Virus record (IMG/VR): IMGVR_UViG_3300049573_000219
Coordinates: 123,034-187,033 of that record
Origin: a virus
Lineage: Duplodnaviria; Caudoviricetes
Length of the DNA stretch: 64,000 nucleotides
Strand: one strand, 5' to 3'
Shown piece after piece: positions 28,876-38,324 of this stretch. Numbering within the stretch: the stretch's first letter is position 1; the number at the start of each line of letters is the position of its first letter. The position numbers and the translations under genes are program-made. Below the pieces are notes generated by a model. That model saw only the letters and a list, made by a program, of their open reading frames with translations. It was not told where the DNA came from and did not search any database.

Positions 28876-29513
28876 TGCTCGTACTTCCTCGTCTTCTGCT
28901 CGATGATCTTCACGTAGTTGTACGTCTCGCACTTGGCGAAGGAGCACGGCGGGACGCCGTTGTACTGCTGCACCCGGAAGCCACCCGCGTTGTATCCGGC
29001 GAGCATGTTCTTCCAGGTCGGGCCGGGAATGTCCTTCAGGCCCTTCGCCAGCTTGCAGTCGAACGTCGCGGCCGACGGGATCGCGTCCTCCGGGTCGAAC
29101 TGGCTCCTCTTGCCGTCGCCGTTCGCGTCCAGCCCCTCAGTCGCCCACGTGCTGTCGATGAACTGGGCTATCCCCTTGGCCATGGCCGGGGAGTGCCGCC
29201 TGCCTTCGACCACGTCACGGTTGAACCCCATGCTTTCCTGGTCGAGCTGCGCCGCCAGGAGGGCCGGGGTCAACGTCTTGCACTTGTTGCCCCACTTGTT
29301 CACCAGTTCCTCCCAGCGCTTCACGGGAAGGGATCCCGGCCGAACCGGTCCGGCGTTCCCGGTGAAGGTGTACTTCTCCTGCGGCGCCGCCTCCTGCTTC
29401 TGAGGGATCGCGGTCGCTGCTGACGGGACGGCGGGGATGAATCCGGTGACGGCCTGGATGGCGCCTACGACCAGAAAACCTCCGAAAAACACGCCACCGG
29501 CTCTGCGCATCAC
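28872..29513 (-). CDS. Lytic transglycosylase (SLT), secreted
   Basis: AAQLDQES, GIAQF, AGYNAG and ETYNYV motifs; N-terminal signal/TM. Confidence 0.88.
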   Translation of the reverse strand: MMRRAGGVFFGGFLVVGAIQAVTGFIPAVPSAATAIPQKQEAAPQEKYTFTGNAGPVRPGSLPVKRWEELVNKWGNKCKTLTPALLAAQLDQESMGFNRDVVEGRRHSPAMAKGIAQFIDSTWATEGLDANGDGKRSQFDPEDAIPSAATFDCKLAKGLKDIPGPTWKNMLAGYNAGGFRVQQYNGVPPCSFAKCETYNYVKIIEQKTRKYEQ

Positions 29514-29535
29514 GCTCCTCCTCTCTCCGGCTTTC

Positions 29536-29565
29536 AGCCTAACACTGACCTAGGCCATCCAACAA
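29536..29565 (-). promoter_or_regulatory. Putative promoter with GGCCTAGG operator in spacer
   Basis: TTGTTG-N18-TAGGCT; GACCTAGGCC at 29547-29556. Confidence 0.5.
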
Positions 29566-29636
29566 GGCTACGAAACAAGCACATTGGGGAAAGCGGAACG
29601 GCCGGACCCCGAGGAGGGCCCGGCCGTTCACACTGC

Positions 29637-30209
29637 TCACTTGCCGAGGTTCATGACCTGCGGAATCCAGTTGCCGATCTGAAGGGTGATCTCGGCGAAG
29701 ATGCCACCACCCAGCGGGAAGAAGAACCCGCAGATCGCACCGAAGACGAGGTCCGTCTTGTCGTCGTCCTTGTTCCTCATCGCGAGGAAGAAGAGCAGGA
29801 GGCAGATGCCGCCTGCCCCGATGTCCGACAGGACCGGCCAGCCGCCGAGCGTCATGACGATGCCCTGGAAGAAGTCGACCAGGTCGACCACGAAGCCGCC
29901 GGTGGAAGAGACGATCGACGTCATAGCCCACATTCCGATGAGGAATGTCATCAGGGACTTCCAGTCGAACCCCTCGGACCCACCGCCCCACTTCGAGGCC
30001 ATGCGCTTGGTCGGCTCCGTGACGGCCTTGTTCATCAGGACGCCGAACATCGGACCCCAGGGGCCCATGGGAACGCCCTTCTTGTTCCCCTTGATGCACA
30101 TGAACGCGATGACCAGCAGGATGATGCCGAATCCCGCCATGGTGGTGTGACCCACCCAGGAGTTCTCCGGAACATCGATCGTCTGCTGCTGCGTAACAGC
30201 CAGAAACAC
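29637..30209 (-). CDS. Multi-pass membrane protein (spread/transfer-like)
   Basis: About 4 hydrophobic Gly-rich helices. Confidence 0.7.
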   Translation of the reverse strand: MFLAVTQQQTIDVPENSWVGHTTMAGFGIILLVIAFMCIKGNKKGVPMGPWGPMFGVLMNKAVTEPTKRMASKWGGGSEGFDWKSLMTFLIGMWAMTSIVSSTGGFVVDLVDFFQGIVMTLGGWPVLSDIGAGGICLLLFFLAMRNKDDDKTDLVFGAICGFFFPLGGGIFAEITLQIGNWIPQVMNLGK

Positions 30210-30422
30210 CTTTCCCTCTCCTTCTCAGGGGGCCGCCGGGAGGCGGCCCCTCTGATTCACCGACCAGGGCGAGCGGGCGTCAGGATCGGAAGCCCGTTCA
30301 GGTCGTCGTCCTTACGGAACACGACACATCCCCTTTCCAAGCGGCACACTCGTCCGCTTCGCACCTCCGTCCGGAACGACCCGGAGCAAGCCCGTCTTCA
30401 TCGACGGCGGAGGCCCCTCGCA

Positions 30423-31334
30423 TCACCAGGCAGCACCCGGCGCATACAGCGCCGCCCCGGTGATGACCGATGCGAGAGGGGTCATCAACAGGACGTGGAA
30501 GTATCCGAGTCCGAGACCCTTTTCGATCCGGTCGAACACCCACATGGTGCAGTAGAACGTGGCACAGAACAGGCCAGCGACCCAGAACTGCCACCACTGG
30601 AACGTCCACGGAGATCCGAAGATCCACGTGATCTCGTCGGGGTACGAGACTCCGACGAAGAAGCCGATGGGCACCAGGTAGGCGGCCCGGGTGAGCCACC
30701 GGACGCCCGCCTCGGCGAGCCGCCCCCGGTAGGTCCCCTGGGCCAGGTACCCGGCCGTCAGGTTCCTGACGAACATGATGACCATCGGTGCGAGCCCCAG
30801 GATTGCCGCCCAGATCAGGCCGCCCATCCTTCCGGTCTCGTACGCCATGCCGACGGTGTCCCTGAACCACCTGCCAAGGCCGTTCAGAAGTCCCCACTCG
30901 GTCGTGGAGGTGCCGAAGCGAATCCGCTCATACAGAGCGATCAGGATCTGCGGACCGGCGACCCACGAAACGACGGAGGAAATCATGAACGAAGTGACGT
31001 ACGGCCGGGTCTTGCCATTCTCGGGATCGAGGTTGGTCTTCACCGTCTCGATCGCCTTGTAGACCGGCTTCATCACCTCGCCAGCGATCTTCTTCTCTTC
31101 GCTGACTTTCTCCTTGACGGGGGCCAGGATCTCCTTGGCCTCCTTGCGCACCTTCTTCTTCTTGTCCTCGGCCTTCGTCTTGTCGTCGGACCACTTGGCC
31201 CGAGCCGAGGAGAGCTTGCCCTTCAGGGCCTTGAGGTCGCCCTTCAGGGTTCGCGGCGGCTTCCGGTGCTGGCCCTTCAGGTGCACGGTCGGGGCCTTCT
31301 TCGGCTTCGGGGGAATCCCCGTCTGCGTCGCCAC
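30423..31334 (-). CDS. Multi-pass membrane protein with Lys-rich N-terminus
   Basis: Basic coiled N-terminus then about 5 TM helices; AGGAGG RBS. Confidence 0.75.
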   Translation of the reverse strand: MATQTGIPPKPKKAPTVHLKGQHRKPPRTLKGDLKALKGKLSSARAKWSDDKTKAEDKKKKVRKEAKEILAPVKEKVSEEKKIAGEVMKPVYKAIETVKTNLDPENGKTRPYVTSFMISSVVSWVAGPQILIALYERIRFGTSTTEWGLLNGLGRWFRDTVGMAYETGRMGGLIWAAILGLAPMVIMFVRNLTAGYLAQGTYRGRLAEAGVRWLTRAAYLVPIGFFVGVSYPDEITWIFGSPWTFQWWQFWVAGLFCATFYCTMWVFDRIEKGLGLGYFHVLLMTPLASVITGAALYAPGAAW

Positions 31335-31349
31335 GTTCCTCCTTCCGAT

Positions 31350-31493
31350 CTACGGCTTTCCGTCGGAAGCTACTCCGATCTTCGCCTCGACCACTTCCTC
31401 CAGGATCGAGATAGCCTGGTTGACGTCGGGATCGTTCGTGAGCATCTGCGTTTCACCCTGGGGCTTCTCGCCCGCTTCCGCACTCTCCTCCAT
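31350..31493 (-). CDS. Small acidic protein
   Basis: 47 aa, AAGGGGG RBS. Confidence 0.45.
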   Translation of the reverse strand: MEESAEAGEKPQGETQMLTNDPDVNQAISILEEVVEAKIGVASDGKP

Positions 31494-31532
31494 GACGCCC
31501 CCTTTGATCTCTCTACTGGCGTTGTGGTGTCC

Positions 31533-31561
31533 AGCATGACACAATACGGCCTAGGCCACAA
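31533..31561 (-). promoter_or_regulatory. Divergent promoter region with perfect GGCCTAGGCC operator
   Basis: TTGTGG-N17-CATGCT; palindrome at 31548-31557, just upstream of the GntR start. Confidence 0.65.
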
Positions 31562-31580
31562 GTGAAGGCGAGGAGAAAAA

Positions 31581-32315
31581 GTGAGCGAACGGGTTCCCAA
31601 GTACCGTGCCATTGCGGCGCATTACCGATCCCTGGTCACGTCGGGAGAGCTGGAGCCGGGCACGCCCCTGGAGTCCAGGAGGAAGCTCGCGCGGATCCAC
31701 AAGACGTCCCGGGTCACCATCGACAAGGTCGTGGAACTCCTGACGGCCGAGGGAATCCTGGAGCCGTCCGACGGCAACAGGCCGCCCATCGTGGCGGACA
31801 TCTCCGGCCGCACGGCCACCGTTCAGGACCGCGTCGGCAACGCCGCAGTCAGCGGCCGGGCGCTCGGCGCCAAGGAGACGTCCAGGATTCTGCGGGTCGA
31901 GGCAGTTCCGTGCCCGCCGGACGTCGCGCCTCTGCTGGGGGTCCAGCCGGGTGACGAGGTGATCCTGCGGGAGCGCCTGAACCTGATCGACGGCGAGCCC
32001 GTGGCGACCGGGCACTCGTACTACCCGCCGGAGGTCAGCGACCTGACCCCCGAGCTGAGGATCCCCCAGTCGATCCCGTCCGGCTCGCGCGAGCTGGCTG
32101 CGGAGCGGATGGGGTCCCGGCAGAAGGATCTCATTCCCGTGATCACGTCGCGTCTGGCGACCGACCGGGAGCGTGAACTGCTGAAGCTGAAGGGTGCCTA
32201 CGAGGTGGTGACGCAGACGGCACGCCGGATCCTGCTGGCGAACGGAAAGGTCGTCGAGGTCGCCGTGAAGATCAACAAGGGCACCCGCCCGGTCTCGTTC
32301 CACATCCCCCTGTGA
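31581..32315 (+). CDS. GntR (HutC/UTRA) repressor, KorSA/TraR-like
   Basis: PKYRAIAAHYRSLVTSGELEPGTPLESRRKLA winged HTH plus UTRA domain; lone + strand gene divergent from the membrane-protein operon. Confidence 0.9.
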   Translation: MSERVPKYRAIAAHYRSLVTSGELEPGTPLESRRKLARIHKTSRVTIDKVVELLTAEGILEPSDGNRPPIVADISGRTATVQDRVGNAAVSGRALGAKETSRILRVEAVPCPPDVAPLLGVQPGDEVILRERLNLIDGEPVATGHSYYPPEVSDLTPELRIPQSIPSGSRELAAERMGSRQKDLIPVITSRLATDRERELLKLKGAYEVVTQTARRILLANGKVVEVAVKINKGTRPVSFHIPL

Positions 32316-32335
32316 GGAATCATGCGGAACAGCAG

Positions 32336-32367
32336 AGCCCCCGTCGCAACGGAGCGACGGGGGCTTT
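32336..32367. terminator. Probable bidirectional terminator between convergent genes
   Basis: AGCCCCCGTCGC...GCGACGGGGGCT. Confidence 0.7.
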
Positions 32368-32376
32368 CGCGTTCTC

Positions 32377-33123
32377 TCAGGGCTCGACCAGCTTGAAGGC
32401 GTCTTCGCCCCGGTCCAGCTCCTCCCTCATGGACTGGTAGTCCTCGTACCGGTGCTGCGGGTACAGCCAGATCAGGTGGGCCCGCAGGTCGTCGTTCCAG
32501 CCCCGCTCGGTCTCGTCGTCGACCTTCACGCACTCGGCGGGGTTCACTCCGTACAGCCACGTCAGGGCGCCGAAGCCGATCCAGTGCCGCTGACCGTCGC
32601 TGGCGGACGTGATCCAGCCCGGGACGACGGCGTACTTCTTGCCCGCCAGGCCGCGCGGGAGGGGCTGTCGGTCGCCAGGTTCCGGCTCGGACTGACGGGC
32701 CTCTCGTGCCAGCCGATGAGCCACGGATCCCTTCACTCCGGCCGGTCTGAACGGGGTGCGCCGCTTCGCCCTCAGACGCTCATCGTCGGGGGACCAGCCC
32801 TCGGGGATCGGCTTCCAGTCCTTGTCGGCCTTCCTTCTCTCGGGATCCCACAGCTTCGCCCCTCCGGCCTTCACCCACCCCCGCACGTCGGACAGGTAGG
32901 TGGCCGAGAAGACCAGTCCGCGTCTGTGCCGGTCCATGGCGGAGAAGCGGGTGTCGAGAACCATCCATGACCCGAACTCAGGTTTCCCCTCCTCGGCGTC
33001 GGAGTAGTACGCCTCGACGACGAGGTGGTCATGGCCGTGCACCCGGTACTTCTTGTCGTACCTCCCCATCGAGGGGAGACGATGCAGGGCCGGTTCAGTC
33101 ACTGGCCGCCACCACATCTCCAC
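32377..33123 (-). CDS. Hypothetical protein (start uncertain)
   Basis: 248 aa ORF with plausible codon usage. Confidence 0.55.
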   Translation of the reverse strand: MEMWWRPVTEPALHRLPSMGRYDKKYRVHGHDHLVVEAYYSDAEEGKPEFGSWMVLDTRFSAMDRHRRGLVFSATYLSDVRGWVKAGGAKLWDPERRKADKDWKPIPEGWSPDDERLRAKRRTPFRPAGVKGSVAHRLAREARQSEPEPGDRQPLPRGLAGKKYAVVPGWITSASDGQRHWIGFGALTWLYGVNPAECVKVDDETERGWNDDLRAHLIWLYPQHRYEDYQSMREELDRGEDAFKLVEP

Positions 33124-33757
33124 CGAGATCTATGAGGGCGATCTGGCCGGGAGTCTTCCGGGAAGCGAATTCGACCGTTCCCGTGACGGTCTCGCCGGGC
33201 TGCACCTCGCGTGATCCGGGCGCGAGAGTCCCCTCGCCGACGACGGCTGCCCGTCCGTCCCCCTTGACCATCGACGGCATGATGATCACCGCACTGTCGG
33301 TGTTGTTCGTGACGGTCACCTTCACGATTGCTCCGATCTGGCCGACGCCCGCAGGGGTCGCGGAGAGGGTGACCGTCTTCGGCTTCTGGACGGAAGTCCG
33401 GGTCGGGCTTTCTTCCGGCGTGCCCCCCGCCGCCCCTCCAGGCCCCCCTCCGGCCGCCGGAAGGCCGCCGTCCTGACCGGAGACCACAGAGGGTCCGGCC
33501 GTCCCGGCGGGCGCCCCCGCGCCGCCGTCGGGCATGACGGCGAAGACCAGGATTCCCGCCACGGCAGCACCGGCAGCACCCAGAAGGATCCCCTTGCGCC
33601 GGTCGGGCTTCTTCTCTCCGGGCTCCTCCGGCGCGCTGGGCTCTTCGCTGCGCACCGGGGCGGCCGGTTCCGGCTCCGGGTCCCATCCGATCGCCACGGG
33701 AACTGCGGTGTGCCCCTCGGCCGACTGCCGGGGCTCCGTGTTCCACCAGTCGGTCAC
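33095..33757 (-). CDS. Single-TM protein with extracellular Ig-like domain
   Basis: TM GILLGAAGAAVAGILVFAV, Gly/Pro linker, VKVTVTNN...VQPGETVTGTVEF. Confidence 0.7.
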   Translation of the reverse strand: MTDWWNTEPRQSAEGHTAVPVAIGWDPEPEPAAPVRSEEPSAPEEPGEKKPDRRKGILLGAAGAAVAGILVFAVMPDGGAGAPAGTAGPSVVSGQDGGLPAAGGGPGGAAGGTPEESPTRTSVQKPKTVTLSATPAGVGQIGAIVKVTVTNNTDSAVIIMPSMVKGDGRAAVVGEGTLAPGSREVQPGETVTGTVEFASRKTPGQIALIDLGGDVVAASD

Positions 33758-33963
33758 GCCTTCTCCCCTTTCCGGATCTTCTTCACCACGTTCAGCCCGA
33801 CTCCTGTTGCCGCTCCGGCCACGATGGCTCCGGTCGGCGGGACGCCCAGGGCCGAGAAGGTCGCCGTATCGAGCGCCGCGCCCATGAGGGCCGCTGTGGT
33901 CACGCTGTCGTCGATGTCCTCGACGGCCTGGGATATGGCCCAGGTGACGACCTTCTCCATCAT
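33754..33963 (-). CDS. Small hydrophobic Gly/Ala-zipper protein
   Basis: 69 aa, coupled. Confidence 0.6.
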   Translation of the reverse strand: MMEKVVTWAISQAVEDIDDSVTTAALMGAALDTATFSALGVPPTGAIVAGAATGVGLNVVKKIRKGEKA

Positions 33964-34274
33964 GAGGCCGACTCGACTTTCGCGGTGACGGTGTACGCGG
34001 CCAGGTACTCGTAGCTCCAGATGGAGTGCTCACCGTCGTCGGGCCCGGACTCGACGATGCTGTAGCCCATGATCGTGTACTCCATCCCGATGCGGTCCCG
34101 GTAGACGAACCCGAGCGGAAAGACGGGGAGCGTCGGGTGGTCGCGTCCACCCTTCGGGGAGACCTTGATGATCGCGTGCCTGATCGGGTCGTTGGGGTCG
34201 TCATCGGACACGGGCTGGATGACAACGAGATTGGCGGATCCGGTTCCTCCGGATGCCTCGATTCGCCATGCCAC
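33960..34274 (-). CDS. Hypothetical protein
   Basis: AGGAG RBS. Confidence 0.6.
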   Translation of the reverse strand: MAWRIEASGGTGSANLVVIQPVSDDDPNDPIRHAIIKVSPKGGRDHPTLPVFPLGFVYRDRIGMEYTIMGYSIVESGPDDGEHSIWSYEYLAAYTVTAKVESAS

Positions 34275-34385
34275 GGCATTCTCCTCTCCTACTTCAACAC
34301 AACCAGAATACAGCGGAGTTGGGTCTCATGGAAAGGCAGAAGGCCCCCTCCCTTGCGGGAGAGGGCCCTCGGCCTCGTGCTGGTC

Positions 34386-35576
34386 TCAGCGACCCATCGC
34401 CGCCTTGTACTCCTCGGTGGCCTGCTCCAGGAACTCGCTCAGGCCGTTCTGCGCGAACCACTCCAGGGTGAAGACCTTCGTCGCCTCGGTCACCCGGGGG
34501 GCACCCGTGCCGAGCGCCTTCGCGAAGGCCGCCTTGGTGATACCGCCCTCGGCGGCGTCGGCCGCGTAGTACCGGGCGGCCAGCATCGCCTTGCGCTGGT
34601 CGGCGTCGCTCAGGTTCAGCTCGGCCAGGACGCCCTCCTCGTCGGACTCGCCGCCGTCGGCCGACTTGGCGAGCTGGGGGCGGGCCGGAACCGTCTGACC
34701 CTGGATGATCTGGATCCCCAGCGGCTGCCGGAGGCGGATCTCCTGCTCGGCGTCCAGACGCTCCAGCGTGATCTCCTGCTGGGTGCGCATCGTCTCGATC
34801 TGAAGGCGGGCGCTGAGGTGCTGGCGCATCGCCTTGATCTGGTTGGCGCCCTCCAGCTCGGCCTTCTCCGCCTCGAACTTCGCCTCACGCTCCAGCTTCT
34901 CGCGCTCGATCTGCGCCTGCACCTTCTCGCGCTCGATCTCCGCCCGGCGCCGCTCCTCCGCCAGGGCCGCCTCGTGGTCCCGCTGCCGCTGGATCATCTC
35001 GGCCTCGTGCTTCTCGGCGGTCGCGGCGGTGCGGGCCCGGGTCATCCGGGACTCACGCCGCTGCTCGGCGATCTCGGCCTTCTGGTCCTCGGTCAGGTCG
35101 TTGGGGTCCTTCAGTCCGTTCAGCGCCAGCATCCACGTGAACTTCGTGAAGATCGGAAGCACCGCAGCGAAGGTGGCCGCGCCGCCGCCGACCGTCGAGC
35201 CGTGGTAGCCGAGCAGCGCCGCGACGAACAGCACCTCCACCCATCCCAGGAGCGGGAGGATGTTGAACGTCTTCGGCTCGCCCTTCTTCAGGCTCCAGGT
35301 GAACGGGAGCTTCTGTCCCCGGTACTCCGCGACCATCGTGGCGGACCAGAAGATGTCCATCGTCACGGCCGCCGAGAGGCCGATGAGGCTGATGTTGCCC
35401 ATCTTCTCGATCGTCAGGGCGTCGACCTGGAAGAGGTCGAGCATGGACCAGGTGGTCCATGCGAGGGATCCGATGGAGAGGAGACCGGCCATCGCCACCA
35501 GGAGGGAGAACCGCTTCGGCCCGTCCTCGGCGATGTCGACCTTCTCGACCTTTCCGCTGTTCTCCGTCTTGTCCAT
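34386..35576 (-). CDS. SpdB-like membrane/coiled-coil spread protein
   Basis: Four N-terminal TM helices (SLAWTTWS...D..W), long coiled coil, possible C-terminal HTH; architecture of Streptomyces Spd proteins. Confidence 0.65.
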   Translation of the reverse strand: MDKTENSGKVEKVDIAEDGPKRFSLLVAMAGLLSIGSLAWTTWSMLDLFQVDALTIEKMGNISLIGLSAAVTMDIFWSATMVAEYRGQKLPFTWSLKKGEPKTFNILPLLGWVEVLFVAALLGYHGSTVGGGAATFAAVLPIFTKFTWMLALNGLKDPNDLTEDQKAEIAEQRRESRMTRARTAATAEKHEAEMIQRQRDHEAALAEERRRAEIEREKVQAQIEREKLEREAKFEAEKAELEGANQIKAMRQHLSARLQIETMRTQQEITLERLDAEQEIRLRQPLGIQIIQGQTVPARPQLAKSADGGESDEEGVLAELNLSDADQRKAMLAARYYAADAAEGGITKAAFAKALGTGAPRVTEATKVFTLEWFAQNGLSEFLEQATEEYKAAMGR

Positions 35577-35641
35577 TTTCTCGCTTCTTCCTTTCCGGAA
35601 ACCCCCGATTCTCGGAACCTCGTGTGGGGGCGTTACGCATG

Positions 35642-35670
35642 ACTGTGCCATGTGGCCTAGGCCGTGTCAA
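35642..35670 (-). promoter_or_regulatory. Promoter with perfect GGCCTAGGCC operator in spacer
   Basis: TTGACA-N17-CACAGT; palindrome at 35654-35663. Confidence 0.7.
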
Positions 35671-35708
35671 GCAGATCGATCGCTCCAGGCTTCCAAGGTG
35701 CGGTTCGT

Positions 35709-35978
35709 CCGATTCGGGGTCATTCGCCAGGAGCCTCCGGAACTGCCGCCCCGCCGTGTGCCGATTCGTCCGATTCGAGTGGAGAAGGACCACCTCATCT
35801 TCCAGGTCTTCCAGCGGGACGGCGTGATCCGGAAGATCAGGAAGTCTGCGCCCCTCCGAAGAGCCTCTTCCAGAACCCCTTCCTCTCCCCGCGATGCCTC
35901 CCGGAAGCCGCCTGAACGTCGCCGGATTCCTTCTGACCTGCCACGTCGCGATCCTGTGCCCCGATTCGACCCGATTCG
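35709..35978 (+). repeat. Cluster of five CCGATTCG direct repeats
   Basis: Exact copies at 35709, 35761, 35770, 35961 and 35971. Confidence 0.7.
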
Positions 35979-36268
35979 ACCTCAGAATCCTGCACGGAAG
36001 CGGGCTCGATCGTGGTCATGTTCAGCACGTAGACGTTGGCGCCACGGAGACCGGAGGAGGAGAACCCGGGCTCCGTGCGGAGGAGGCTCGCCTGGGTGAG
36101 TTCCGTGCGGGCGCGCACGAGGGCCCCCTGGGTCAGGCCGCTCTCCTTCAGGAGGGTGGAAGTTGCCACCTGGGCCCGTCCGATCTCGTTCACGTGGTCC
36201 AGCAGAACGTCCAGCAGTTTCGTGGCCTCACTGCTCAGAACGCTGCGGTCGAAGATGTTCTCGCCCAT
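35837..36268 (-). CDS. Winged-helix DNA-binding protein
   Basis: LLKESGLTQGALVRARTELTQASLLR...ANVYVLN. Confidence 0.65.
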   Translation of the reverse strand: MGENIFDRSVLSSEATKLLDVLLDHVNEIGRAQVATSTLLKESGLTQGALVRARTELTQASLLRTEPGFSSSGLRGANVYVLNMTTIEPASVQDSEVESGRIGAQDRDVAGQKESGDVQAASGRHRGERKGFWKRLFGGAQTS

Positions 36269-36370
36269 GCCCTTGCCTTCCTGTCGGCACCATCGGGCAT
36301 CAGCGTACGGCGAAGGGGCGCCGGAATGATGTCCGGCGCCCCTTGAGGTAGGCCACTTCCCGTGGCCTGG

Positions 36371-37804
36371 TCAGCCCGCCCACGGGTCGTCGCTGAGCCA
36401 TCGCGTGACCGTGGATCCGTCCACGCCGAGGATGCGGGCGCCCTCGGCGCGGGTCAGGTGCCCCTGCTCCACCTCCTCGCGCAGCCAGGCGATGACAGCG
36501 GAGCGGGCCTCCGTCTTCTCCTCGGGGGTGAAGCCGGACTTCGGCGCCTGGGAGGCGTGGTACGTGAGCACGACCATCGGATGGCGGCCGACGGGGACCT
36601 GCGGGGCTTCCTGCTCCGCCTCCACGGCCTCCTGGAGGATCTGGGGCGCCTCGGGTGCGGCGTCCTCCTGAACGGGCTCAGGGACCGCCTCCTCGCCCTC
36701 CTGGACGGGCTCGATGTCGGGGGCCACCACCCACCAGTTCTCGTGCACCGGCTCGTCTCCGGCCGGGTACGGGCCGGGAGTGGCGAACTGGACCTGCAAG
36801 ACGCCCTGCAACGGTTGCTGCACGGGCTCTTTCGTGAGGCTGACCTGCGGAGATTCGATTGCATCGGGCTGCTCGTGCAAGCCGGTGCGCACTGCCGCCC
36901 GCAGGGGGGTGGTCGGCTCGTCGAGAATCGCCCCGTCGTCACCCTCGGTGACGTCCGAAACGTCCACATCCGACCAGTCCGAAGTGGCCTCCTGCAAGCC
37001 GTCGGTCAAGGGCTCGACATCGTCCTTGACCAGCGAATACGGAGGCTCGGGGGTGGCCGGTCGCAAGTCCTCGCGCCGGAACTCGTCCACGACCGAGGTG
37101 ATGGCGTCGAAGTGGTCTTCCGATTCCTCCGGCTTTGCACCCTCCGTAGTGGCCTGGTGCATCGGCTCGTGCGTCGGTCGCTCAGGCAGCTCCGGGCCAG
37201 GAATCACAACGGTTTCCGGCTCCTGGCGAATGGCCTGCTGCACCTCTTCGTGCAAATCGGCCTGTTCGATTCGAGCGGTTTCGACCGAATTCTCCGAATC
37301 GTCCTCCGAGATTTCGCCGACCTCGACAGGTCCCGACTCGCTGACCTGCACGTTCTCCAGAACCTTGGTCTCCTCCTCCGACGCGGCGACCTCCTGGGTC
37401 TCCGCTTCGGAGTCCTCACTCTCGGTGACTTCCTCGTCCTCGAAGTCGCGCCACGGCTCCTCCCTGCCCAGCCTGCGCTCTCGCGCGGAGAAGACCGCCA
37501 GGCCGACCACGCAGACCAGCACCGCGCCCATGAAGGACTGGAAGACGCTGACCGAGTGGCCGCCGCGCTCCGGTCCGCCCGTGAAGGCACTGGTGACGAT
37601 CCAGACCGGGATCGTCACGACGAACACCCGGAACGCCTTGCTCCAGACGGAGCGGTGCTCGCCGTTCTCCTCGGGCTCCAGCACCCAGTTCTTGCTGCCA
37701 TGGAGCCCCCTGCGCAGCATCTTCTTGATGCCCGTGGTGCCCTGACGGACCTCCACCGAGCGCCGCACGCCTGCCATCTGCGGAACCTTCATGCGCGTGT
37801 TCAT
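36371..37804 (-). CDS. Two-TM protein with long acidic linker and C-terminal HTH
   Basis: 2 TM helices, Glu/Pro-rich region, TRAEGARILGVDGSTVTRWL. Confidence 0.75.
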   Translation of the reverse strand: MNTRMKVPQMAGVRRSVEVRQGTTGIKKMLRRGLHGSKNWVLEPEENGEHRSVWSKAFRVFVVTIPVWIVTSAFTGGPERGGHSVSVFQSFMGAVLVCVVGLAVFSARERRLGREEPWRDFEDEEVTESEDSEAETQEVAASEEETKVLENVQVSESGPVEVGEISEDDSENSVETARIEQADLHEEVQQAIRQEPETVVIPGPELPERPTHEPMHQATTEGAKPEESEDHFDAITSVVDEFRREDLRPATPEPPYSLVKDDVEPLTDGLQEATSDWSDVDVSDVTEGDDGAILDEPTTPLRAAVRTGLHEQPDAIESPQVSLTKEPVQQPLQGVLQVQFATPGPYPAGDEPVHENWWVVAPDIEPVQEGEEAVPEPVQEDAAPEAPQILQEAVEAEQEAPQVPVGRHPMVVLTYHASQAPKSGFTPEEKTEARSAVIAWLREEVEQGHLTRAEGARILGVDGSTVTRWLSDDPWAG

Positions 37805-37882
37805 GACCTCCTCATCTCCTCTCCGGGTGGCCCGCCGGAACCCTTCCGGCGGGCCGTTTTCCTGTTGTTCGGCAGGCCACTT

Positions 37883-38146
37883 TCAGGTGGCCGTGAGCCA
37901 GTTCTTCGGGTCGTTGTGACCCTCGATCGAGGGGACCGTGATGGGGTCCCCGTAGCGGTTGTGCCCGATCGTCGAGCCGGGCGGCATGATGCGATTGCCC
38001 ACCGACGGTCCATTGCAGGAGAGGCAGGGATCGCCCTCCAGGCGGCCGTGTTCGCAGCGGTGCAGGTCGAGCAGGATCCTGGCCAGGCGGCCGTTGATGA
38101 CGTCCTGCTCGCGCGGTCCGTCAGCCACGGGAGGCTTCCATGACAC
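37883..38146 (-). CDS. Hypothetical Cys/His protein (start uncertain)
   Basis: RCEHGR...CLSC motif. Confidence 0.5.
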   Translation of the reverse strand: MSWKPPVADGPREQDVINGRLARILLDLHRCEHGRLEGDPCLSCNGPSVGNRIMPPGSTIGHNRYGDPITVPSIEGHNDPKNWLTAT

Positions 38147-38324
38147 GCTTCGAAGCGGACGAATTGGAGCGAATCCCCCTGAATTCGTTGCAGGCGCAGG
38201 TGCTCCGGCCCTGAGCCAGGGGGTGACGGCACGACGTCTTCGTGCCCTTCGGGTGCGGCGCCGTGTGCTCGCTCCTGGGGTGGCCGCACCCACTCGGCCC
38301 CGAACACAGCTCCAGGTCGTTCAT
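38121..38324 (-). CDS. Small Cys/His-rich protein
   Basis: CGH...H...C...CAC..F. Confidence 0.5.
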   Translation of the reverse strand: MNDLELCSGPSGCGHPRSEHTAPHPKGTKTSCRHPLAQGRSTCACNEFRGIRSNSSASKRVMEASRG

